61,319 nt of DNA from Candidatus Altiarchaeota archaeon. Lineage in GTDB: Archaea; Altiarchaeota; Altiarchaeia; IMC4; QMZM01. Under the pieces are notes generated by a model that saw only the letters and a program-made list of their open reading frames with translations, did no database searches and had not been told where the DNA came from. Numbering within the stretch: the stretch's first letter is position 1; the number at the start of each line of letters is the position of its first letter. Both the position numbers and the translations under genes were made by a program. Location: contig JAWAEV010000005.1 of the NCBI GenBank assembly GCA_038891095.1, positions 1 through 61,319 of the forward strand. Reading direction: 5' to 3'. Below, piece by piece: positions 50,687-58,450 of the stretch.

Positions 50687-51673
50687 TTAAAGTTCCTTTA
50701 TTATTTCAGTCATATCTATTTTTGTTGGACAATTGCTAATACATCTGCCACACCCAACACAAAAGTGAACTCCATATTGCTTTTTAAAATAGTTCAATTG
50801 ATGATAAATTCTATGCCTAAATCTCTTGTATCTTTCATTTCTAAAAACATATTCTCCAGCAACTTTTGTAAAAACTTTAAGTTGGCATGATTGCCATTCT
50901 CTTATCCTTTCACCACTTTTTAAATCTAAATTTATGAGATCTCTTAAACCAAAACACAAACAATTTGGACAAGTTATAGTGCATGCACAACAACTTAAGC
51001 ACTTTTCAGAATACTTCTCCCAAATTTTTGAATTAAATGAATTTTCAAGTTTTTCAATTTCCTTCTCTGAAAGACTTTTTTTACAGGTAATACTTTTAAT
51101 TTCATTTTCTTTTCCATTTGCTTCTTTGAAAAATTTCTTGGCATTAATTAAAATTTCATTACCTTTTTCAGAGCCAATTTCAACAACATAGCCATCTGAA
51201 ACCTTGCTAAATAAAAGATCAAAGCCAGAGGTTAATTTATCTGTCCCAAGAGAAGTACAAAAACAATTTTCACCGCTTTCTGAGCAATTTAATGCAAATA
51301 TTAGAGTGTTTTCTCTTCTTTTATGGTAGTATAAATCCAAAAAATTACTATCTAAAAAAATTTTTTCCTGATGCAAAATTGAGTGCACATCACAAGGCCT
51401 TATACCAAAAATTATTTTCTTTTTCTCTTCATAAGAGAAGGATATATCATTAAGCTTGTATTCAAGAATTTTTTCATCATTTGGTAGGAAATATTTTTTT
51501 GGTGGAAAGGTTGTATTTATAAAATTTAAATCAATATCATCAAAGTTTTTTATTGAGTCAAAAACAGAGACATCGCCTTTTTTAGTAGGGGCTACGACAT
51601 CATATTTACTTAGGAGAACAAAAATGAACTGCTCTAAATTTTTTTCCTCTATGAAAAAGAATTTGCTTTTCAT
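50687..51673 (-). CDS. hydB: Group 3b hydrogenase beta subunit (AsrA-like 4Fe-4S)
   Basis: RPCD, CFC, CLSCCACTITCPNCLC, CVGCGRCISNCP. Confidence 0.9.
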   Translation of the reverse strand: MKSKFFFIEEKNLEQFIFVLLSKYDVVAPTKKGDVSVFDSIKNFDDIDLNFINTTFPPKKYFLPNDEKILEYKLNDISFSYEEKKKIIFGIRPCDVHSILHQEKIFLDSNFLDLYYHKRRENTLIFALNCSESGENCFCTSLGTDKLTSGFDLLFSKVSDGYVVEIGSEKGNEILINAKKFFKEANGKENEIKSITCKKSLSEKEIEKLENSFNSKIWEKYSEKCLSCCACTITCPNCLCFGLRDLINLDLKSGERIREWQSCQLKVFTKVAGEYVFRNERYKRFRHRIYHQLNYFKKQYGVHFCVGCGRCISNCPTKIDMTEIIKEL

Positions 51674-51724
51674 TATGAAATTATGATATTATCTTTTAGC
51701 GATATAAATTCTAAATTTGCATCA

Positions 51725-52027
51725 TTACTTTAGCTCGCTTTTCAGCCATTTAATATATTCTAAATTAGCCTCTGTTTTTATCTTCTCTATGCACGGAACT
51801 TCATAAGAATGAATTCTTTTCACTTCTTTTTTTATTATAGGGAAATATCTATCTAAGGTTTTTCCTATTATAACAAATTCTTTTGCATTTTCAATTTTTC
51901 CTTTCCACAAATACATGCTCTTGATTGGAAAGATATTTGCACAAGCTATTAATCTTTTCTCTAATAAATGCTTAGAAATTTTTTCTGCTTCTTTTCTGTC
52001 TTTACAAGTTATGTAGATGAGGAGCAT
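51725..52027 (-). CDS. cutA: Divalent-cation tolerance protein CutA
   Basis: LIACANIFP, SMYLWKG, HSYEVPCI. Confidence 0.93.
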   Translation of the reverse strand: MLLIYITCKDRKEAEKISKHLLEKRLIACANIFPIKSMYLWKGKIENAKEFVIIGKTLDRYFPIIKKEVKRIHSYEVPCIEKIKTEANLEYIKWLKSELK

Positions 52028-52028
52028 T

Positions 52029-53219
52029 TTATTCCTTTATAGCTTTAGAGATAATTGCTGCTTTTTTTACAGCCCCTGCAACTTTCTTTGCAACATTTTC
52101 AAAAACACTTGGGATTATTTTCTCTTTGCTAACTTTTTTTACAGAATTTGCTATCGCAAACGCAGCTGCAAGCTTCATATCATCATTTATTTCTTTTGCT
52201 TTTGCATCCAACGCACCACGAAAAACTCCAGGAAAGACAAGAACATTATTCAATTGATTAGGAAAATCACTCCTACCAGTTGCAACTACTGCTGCTCCTG
52301 CTGAATAAGCATCCTTAGGCAAAATTTCTGGATCAGGATTTGCCATTGCAAAAATTATCGGATCTGGATTCATACTTCTTACCATCTCTTTTGAAACAAT
52401 TCCACCGACACTAACTCCAATGAAAACATCTGCTTCTTTCATTGCATCAACAAGCGAACCCTTAATTTTTTCTTTATTTGTCAATTTTGCAATTTTTTCT
52501 TTTTCTAAATTCATACCTTCTTTTCTACCATCATAAATTGTACCCTTTGTATCACAGAGGATTATATCTCTTGGAATTTCTAAGCCTCTTTCCTTTTGAT
52601 ATAGTAAGAGTTTTGTGATCGCTATGCCAGCAGAGCCAGCACCACTAATTACAACTTTAACATCTGACATTTTTTTCTTAGTAAATTTTAGTGCATTTAT
52701 AAGTCCTGCTAAAGTGACAATTGCAGTTCCATGTTGATCATCATGAAATACAAAAATGTCTAACTCTCTCTTTAATCTTTCTTCAATTTCGAAGCATCTT
52801 GGAGCTGAGATGTCTTCTAAATTTATTCCACCAAAAACAGGTGAAATTTTTTTCACAATATTGACAATTTCATCAACATCTTGAGTTTCAATACATATAG
52901 GAAAAGCATCAACATTTCCAAATTTTTTAAATAAAGCGCATTTTCCTTCCATAACAGGCAATGCTGCTCTCGCGCCTATATTCCCTAAACCAAGAACTGC
53001 TGAACCATCAGTGACAACTGCGATACAATTTTTCTTTATTGTATATCTATATAGCTCTTTTGGATTTTCCTTTATCTTAAGGCATGGCTCTGCAACTCCA
53101 GGGGTGTAATATATGCTCATATCATCGATTGTCTCCAATGGAACTTTGCTCTCTATTCTCAATTTTCCCCCATATTTTTCATGCAATTTTAATGCCTCTT
53201 TTTTGTAATCTTTTTTCAT
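52029..53219 (-). CDS. NAD(P)-dependent malic enzyme
   Basis: YTPGVAEPC, PVMEGK, FHDDQHGTA, GAGSAG, MANPDPEI, NNVLVFPG. Confidence 0.95.
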   Translation of the reverse strand: MKKDYKKEALKLHEKYGGKLRIESKVPLETIDDMSIYYTPGVAEPCLKIKENPKELYRYTIKKNCIAVVTDGSAVLGLGNIGARAALPVMEGKCALFKKFGNVDAFPICIETQDVDEIVNIVKKISPVFGGINLEDISAPRCFEIEERLKRELDIFVFHDDQHGTAIVTLAGLINALKFTKKKMSDVKVVISGAGSAGIAITKLLLYQKERGLEIPRDIILCDTKGTIYDGRKEGMNLEKEKIAKLTNKEKIKGSLVDAMKEADVFIGVSVGGIVSKEMVRSMNPDPIIFAMANPDPEILPKDAYSAGAAVVATGRSDFPNQLNNVLVFPGVFRGALDAKAKEINDDMKLAAAFAIANSVKKVSKEKIIPSVFENVAKKVAGAVKKAAIISKAIKE

Positions 53220-53310
53220 ACTCTATAAATTTATAAATCCTGAGAAATTTGTTAAATATAGAGAAGGTATAATAATATACTAAGGAGATAGGAGTATGAT
53301 GATTTAAAAA

Positions 53311-54264
53311 CTAATGCATATTTTTTGATATAAAATTCACAACATCATAGCCTTGGTTTATTGCATTTTTTATTACAAATGGTGGTTTTCCTGAAGCATC
53401 TCCAATTACAAAAAGACCTTTTATATTTGTCTGAAAATTTTCATCCAGAATAACTTTATCGTTCTCAATTTTTAAATTTTCAATTCTCTTGAAGAATTCT
53501 ATTGGTAATTCACTACCGGCAAAAATAAAAATGTAATCGTTTTCAATCTCTTTCTCTTTCCCAAAGACTTCAAGTGTAATGCTCCTTTCTTTTATTTCTT
53601 TGACATTAGAGGAGAAGATTACTTCTAAAGCTTTAGACTTAATTGCTTCATCAATTTTCTTTGAATTTTCTTCATTTAGCCTGAAAAATTTTTCTCTTCT
53701 ATAGGATATTGATACTTTGTTTTCTTTGCATAGCTCTAACGCTGCTTCTATTGCAGAATCACCACCGCCAACTATCAGAACTTTCTTCCCTTTGAATTCA
53801 TTTGGATTTTTTAGTTTGTAGAAAACTTTTTTCAAGTTTTCACCTTTTACATTCAACTTTCTTGGTTTAGCTTCTTTTCCTATAGCAACAATGACATTTT
53901 TTGCATAATAATTGCTCTTATTTGTTTTAACTAAAAAATTTTCTCTTTTCTCAACATTTAAAACCTCTTCATTTTCATGGATATTCAACATTCTTGCAGT
54001 TTTTTGCCATTTTTCCAACAAATTTTCAACTTTACATCGCTTGAACCATAAATTTCCTTTAAGCTCTAAGTTATCTGGAACACAAGAGACTTCTTTTCCT
54101 TGAATATAATTTTCTGAGATAAAATTGCAAACTCTTTCTCTTTCAAGAATTAAAAAATTAAGGTTTAGCTCTTTAGCTCTTAAACCAGCAGAAAGTCCGG
54201 CAGGGCCACAACCAGCTATAATAACATCATAAATTTTTTTCATTCCTAAGTTCTTTATCTTCAA
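53311..54264 (-). CDS. TrxR-fold FAD/NAD(P)H oxidoreductase lacking CxxC (YpdA/FNR-like)
   Basis: GCGPAG, GGGDSA, GLFVIGD; likely start ATG 54243. Confidence 0.8.
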   Translation of the reverse strand: MKIKNLGMKKIYDVIIAGCGPAGLSAGLRAKELNLNFLILERERVCNFISENYIQGKEVSCVPDNLELKGNLWFKRCKVENLLEKWQKTARMLNIHENEEVLNVEKRENFLVKTNKSNYYAKNVIVAIGKEAKPRKLNVKGENLKKVFYKLKNPNEFKGKKVLIVGGGDSAIEAALELCKENKVSISYRREKFFRLNEENSKKIDEAIKSKALEVIFSSNVKEIKERSITLEVFGKEKEIENDYIFIFAGSELPIEFFKRIENLKIENDKVILDENFQTNIKGLFVIGDASGKPPFVIKNAINQGYDVVNFISKNMH

Positions 54265-54742
54265 TTATCTCGTAATCATACCCACCAATGTGTCTTGTTA
54301 TATATTCTACAGTTGTATTTTTTGGATTATAGATTATATGCCATACTTTTCCATCTGAGAAAAATTTCACAATGCCTGTATTCTTTCTCAACTGCCAATT
54401 TACAATGGAATTACAAGAACTACAAAATAAATGAATTCTTAATATTAGTTCTCTATAACCTTTATCCACATAGTCTGAGATAAAAAGATTTGTTGTTGTA
54501 GTTGTGATGTTCACTGTAGGTGTTGGAATTGTTGTAGTTAGAGAAGTGTATAGTGTTGTGATGTTCACTGTAGGTGTTGGAATTGTTGTAGTTAGAGAAG
54601 TGTATAGTGTTGAAGTTGTTGTTAATTGTGTTTTGATAGTCCTCTCAGTGGTAGTTGTAGTTGCTATTTCATAAAAATTTACACATCCATTAGCTAATAT
54701 AAATACTCCAAAGAAAATTAATGGCAAAGTAGTAAATTTCAT
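54227..54742 (-). CDS. Lipoprotein with Thr-rich stalk and HMA (MerP-like) domain
   Basis: ANGC lipobox-like; CSSC...L....G...IYNPKNTT...I..Y HMA pattern. Confidence 0.65.
   Translation of the reverse strand: MKFTTLPLIFFGVFILANGCVNFYEIATTTTTERTIKTQLTTTSTLYTSLTTTIPTPTVNITTLYTSLTTTIPTPTVNITTTTTNLFISDYVDKGYRELILRIHLFCSSCNSIVNWQLRKNTGIVKFFSDGKVWHIIYNPKNTTVEYITRHIGGYDYEIIEDKELRNEKNL
54501..54612. repeat. Perfect in-frame 54-bp tandem duplication
   Basis: Encodes TTLYTSLTTTIPTPTVNI twice. Confidence 0.92.
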
Positions 54743-55110
54743 TTTAAATTTTCAAAGATTATTTGAGCAATGATAGGAGCTATTAAGTAGATTATCATAA
54801 GTGAAGAGATTATATAAGTTAAAATTGTGAGGATTATGAAATATCTATTATCCCAAATGGTTTTTAGATTACAGATACCTTCTCTCCTTTTTAGATAAAT
54901 CAAAATTGCAATTAAAACAAGTACTGCTCCAAAAATTGTAAGGAGGGTTTTATATTTCCCAAATGAAGTGGCAATTGAGATACTTCCAATTCCAAGAATG
55001 ATAAAAAGAGGGATAAGGATAATTGGACCAAGGCAACATGAAGATGCAATTAAGCTACCAAGTAGACCAATAATTACTCCATGCTCTTTTTTGATTTCTT
55101 TAGTTGCCAT
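54739..55110 (-). CDS. MerT-like metal transport membrane protein
   Basis: ASSCCLGP in first TM, about 3 TMs, loop Cys. Confidence 0.7.
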   Translation of the reverse strand: MATKEIKKEHGVIIGLLGSLIASSCCLGPIILIPLFIILGIGSISIATSFGKYKTLLTIFGAVLVLIAILIYLKRREGICNLKTIWDNRYFIILTILTYIISSLMIIYLIAPIIAQIIFENLK

Positions 55111-55182
55111 CTAAATCCCTCTTTCTTAATTTTTTAGAAGTCAAGTGCGCTATTTCATAAATTTCAACCATTGGCTTGTCTG

Positions 55183-55368
55183 CTATGCTTTTTTTGAAGC
55201 TTGCTCTCCTGCAACTCCCCAGTTATCTTTTGGAATTTCATTTAAGATAACTACTACTGCACTTTCAGGAACTCCCAAATTAGTGAACACTTTTGTTATA
55301 CCTTTTATTATTTTTTCCTTTGTTTCTTTATCTCTACCTTCCCACATATCAACTTTTATTACGGGCAT
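55183..55368 (-). CDS. 4-oxalocrotonate tautomerase family protein
   Basis: N-terminal Pro, GR...K, WGVAG. Confidence 0.9.
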   Translation of the reverse strand: MPVIKVDMWEGRDKETKEKIIKGITKVFTNLGVPESAVVVILNEIPKDNWGVAGEQASKKA

Positions 55369-55880
55369 TTTAAATTTTTGGATTTATCAGAAAACATTTT
55401 TTCTTGTGCGGCAACAAATTCTTTGTATTGTTTTTCAAGCCTTTTTAACTCTTCTTGAATTTTCTCGTGCTTTTCTTGAACTTCTTTTGGAATTTGAAGT
55501 TTATTTTTTGAGAGATAGTCATAAACTGCTTCATTTAAAGCTTCTGTTGCTAAAATTGAACAATGAATTTTAATTTTTGGAAGTCCGCCTAAGGAATTCA
55601 CAATGTCTTGCTTTGTTATTTTTAATGCTTCTTGGATTGTTTTTCCTTTAACAAGTTCGGTTATTATTGATGAAGTTGCGATTGCAGCAGCACACCCAAG
55701 AGTTTTAAATTTTATATCCTCTATTACCTTCTCTTTTTTTTCGTTCTCTCCGATTTTTATTGTAATCAGCATTATATCTCCACATATTGGATTTCCAACT
55801 TTACCTGAGCCATCTGCATTCTCTATAATTCCAACATTCCTTGGATTTTGAAAATGCTCAATTACTTTTTCAGTATACAT
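55359..55880 (-). CDS. iscU: IscU/NifU-type Fe-S cluster scaffold
   Basis: YTEKVIEHF.NPRNVG, CGD, GCAAAIA, KIHCS. Confidence 0.92.
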   Translation of the reverse strand: MYTEKVIEHFQNPRNVGIIENADGSGKVGNPICGDIMLITIKIGENEKKEKVIEDIKFKTLGCAAAIATSSIITELVKGKTIQEALKITKQDIVNSLGGLPKIKIHCSILATEALNEAVYDYLSKNKLQIPKEVQEKHEKIQEELKRLEKQYKEFVAAQEKMFSDKSKNLKCP

Positions 55881-55914
55881 TCTCTCTTTTTTATATACTT
55901 AATATCTCATTCAA

Positions 55915-56592
55915 ATGATAAAAAGTATTCATGATAAAAATACCAAAAATAGAATTTTAGAGTTAATAAAGGAGCAAGAAAAACTTTCTAAAAATCTATT
56001 TCTTAAAGACTCCTTCTCAAAAATTGAAAAAATTGCTGGAGTTGACCAAGGATATATTAGGGATAGAATACTCTCTTGCATTGTTGTTATGGATTATAAA
56101 AATTTTAAATTAATTGAAATTTCATCTGCAGAAATGAAAATTTCATTCCCTTATATTCCAGGCTTATTGGCATATAGAGAAATGCCTGTAATCTTGAAAG
56201 CTTATAAAAAGCTGAAAATAAAGCCAGATGTATTGCTTGTTGATGGTCATGGAATTGCACATCCAAGAAATTTTGGCTTAGCAAGTCATCTTAGTTTATG
56301 TATAAGAAAACCAACAATTGGAGTTGCAAAAAATAAATTGATCGGGGATTATAAAAAACCAGAAAAAGTTTTAAAGGAAGAAAAATTAGTCTATAATGGA
56401 AAAATTGTTGGATATGCACTAAAAACAAAAGAAAATTGTAAAGAGATTTTTATATCTCCTGGAAATTTTATATCTTTAAAAACAGCTTTGAGAATAGTTA
56501 AAAATTCCATTAGAAATGAGAAATTGCCCGAACCTTTAAGATTAGCGCATAAATTCGTGAATGAAAAGTTAAAATGGCAGAATTTGCAGTAG
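55915..56592 (+). CDS. nfi: Endonuclease V
   Basis: GVD, FPYIPGLLAYRE, VDGHGIAHPR.FGLASH, GVAK, PEPLRLAH. Confidence 0.95.
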   Translation: MIKSIHDKNTKNRILELIKEQEKLSKNLFLKDSFSKIEKIAGVDQGYIRDRILSCIVVMDYKNFKLIEISSAEMKISFPYIPGLLAYREMPVILKAYKKLKIKPDVLLVDGHGIAHPRNFGLASHLSLCIRKPTIGVAKNKLIGDYKKPEKVLKEEKLVYNGKIVGYALKTKENCKEIFISPGNFISLKTALRIVKNSIRNEKLPEPLRLAHKFVNEKLKWQNLQ

Positions 56593-57293
56593 TTTTGGTT
56601 GAGCCAAAATATCAAGGCAATATCGGCATGGTTGCGAGAGTTATGAAAAATTTTGGCTTCTCTGAGTTGGTTTTAGTAAATCCCAAAACAAAAATCGGAA
56701 AAGAAGCAAGAAAAATGGCTTCTCATGCTCAGGATATCTTAGAAAAAGTAAAAATTTTAAAAAATTTCTCTGAACTTTCTGAAATTTATGATTTTCTAAT
56801 TTCTACATCTGCGATTGTTGCAACTGATAGAAACTATCTTAGAACTCCAATATTTCCGGAAAATTTGAAAAATTCTCTTAAGATAAATGGAAAAATTGCA
56901 TTGATTTTTGGAAGGGAAGATTATGGCTTGCTTAACAATGAACTAAAGGAATGTGATCTCTTAGTAACAATACCAACAAGCAAAATTTATCCAACACTAA
57001 ATATTGCCATTTCAGTTGCCATCATTCTCTATGAAATTTCAAAGTTTAAAAATGAGATAGAGCTAAAAAAGATGAGAAAATTTGAGAGTGCAAATTTAAT
57101 TGAAAAGAAAATTCTTCTTGAAAAGTTCAATGCGCTTGTTGATGAACTTTATAGTAATGAAACTCAAAAACTTATAGTAAAGAAAACTTTCAAAACTTTG
57201 GTAGGGAGAGCATTTATATCTGGAAGAGAAGCACAAAGCTTGATAGGGGTTTTCAGGAAAGCAAAAGAAAAGAGAGATGTTACTTTTTCTTAA
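56574..57293 (+). CDS. trmJ: TrmJ/LasT family RNA methyltransferase (SPOUT)
   Basis: GNIGMVARVMKNFG, FGREDYGL.N.EL, YPTLNIA. Confidence 0.88.
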   Translation: MAEFAVVLVEPKYQGNIGMVARVMKNFGFSELVLVNPKTKIGKEARKMASHAQDILEKVKILKNFSELSEIYDFLISTSAIVATDRNYLRTPIFPENLKNSLKINGKIALIFGREDYGLLNNELKECDLLVTIPTSKIYPTLNIAISVAIILYEISKFKNEIELKKMRKFESANLIEKKILLEKFNALVDELYSNETQKLIVKKTFKTLVGRAFISGREAQSLIGVFRKAKEKRDVTFS

Positions 57294-57978
57294 ATGAGCT
57301 TATGTAATATCCAACCAAGAATGCAACAATCACCAAAAGAAAAGTTATTGAATTTTTAACAAAAAAATTTATTACCGAATCAGTCTCAGAAACAGCTGTC
57401 TTTCCTGCTTTAGTAATTTGAATTGTTGTTGGAGTTGTTTTATTTGTTTCGGCTTTAGTTTCTATTATTGTAGTGCTTAGCTTCTCTTCTTGAATTGTAG
57501 TTGTTAAAGGAATTGAAGTCAAAAAAGTTGTGATTGTTGTTGTTTTTTCCGGTATTATAATTGTTATTTCTCTTACAGTTGTAGTTGTTGTTTTTTGAGT
57601 TGTATAAACTGTTGTCACGGTTGTTGTAGTTGTTCCTGAATAAGTTAGATTAAATGTTAAATTTAACATAACGAGAACTCCAGAAGAGAAAATTCCATAT
57701 TCATTAGCTATAACTTCATCTACTTTAAATTTTACTATTGCTCCATCACTTGAATTTGAAACAATTAAAGCGTACCAAGTGTTATTATCATAGCCTTTAT
57801 ATGTCTTGCAACTTCCTAGCTCTGTTGAATCTACATAAGCTCTTATTGTTAAATTTAAAGGCGCAGGTCCAAAAGCAGTGTTAACTTTTCCTGAGAAGAC
57901 GCAGGAGTTTGGGTATATAGCTAGCACTAATCCAGAAAAAAAAATAAGCAAGAAAAAACTTAGAATTATTTTTCCCAT
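57280..57978 (-). CDS. Secreted protein with beta domain, Thr-rich linker and C-terminal TM anchor
   Basis: Signal ending VLA; domain paralogous to neighbouring ORF; Thr runs; TM plus KKK. Confidence 0.75.
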   Translation of the reverse strand: MGKIILSFFLLIFFSGLVLAIYPNSCVFSGKVNTAFGPAPLNLTIRAYVDSTELGSCKTYKGYDNNTWYALIVSNSSDGAIVKFKVDEVIANEYGIFSSGVLVMLNLTFNLTYSGTTTTTVTTVYTTQKTTTTTVREITIIIPEKTTTITTFLTSIPLTTTIQEEKLSTTIIETKAETNKTTPTTIQITKAGKTAVSETDSVINFFVKNSITFLLVIVAFLVGYYISSFKKK

Positions 57979-58014
57979 ATTTAAAAAAGAAAAAATAAAA
58001 AGGGTTAAGTTAGG

Positions 58015-58437
58015 TCATAGCACATCTACGCATCCATCATACCTCAACTCTAATGGCACTGAGATAAGATTCCATCCCTCTTGTAATTGCAGTGTATAAG
58101 ATGCCTGATTTACTGTAAGGTTGAGAGGCTGCATTATGCCAATCACATATGTTCCAATCTCATTAGCAAGAAAGCCATTAACTCTGAAAGTTACCTTATC
58201 ATTAGTAGTTCCATTGAAAACTTGTATAGCATACCATGTATTTCCATCTAAACCTTGATAGGTTTGAGCTTCTCCTTTTTTTTCATTTCCTATACATGCT
58301 ATTACCTTAGAGTTTGTTGGTGCATTCTGGCCATTTATCTTTACTATCCCTGAAAAAACTGCATAAATTTGCTCTGAAACAACAAGTAAAGTTGCTAAGG
58401 TAATAACTAATGCCAAGACCAAAAATTTTCTTTTCAT
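58015..58437 (-). CDS. Secreted protein paralogous to 57280-57978, ending in GWNLISVP motif
   Basis: Start set to ATG 58437 after GGAGGTGA SD; shared TY.G.D.NTWYA..V.N and ANE.G motifs. Confidence 0.7.
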   Translation of the reverse strand: MKRKFLVLALVITLATLLVVSEQIYAVFSGIVKINGQNAPTNSKVIACIGNEKKGEAQTYQGLDGNTWYAIQVFNGTTNDKVTFRVNGFLANEIGTYVIGIMQPLNLTVNQASYTLQLQEGWNLISVPLELRYDGCVDVL

Positions 58438-58450
58438 TTTTTTCACCTCC

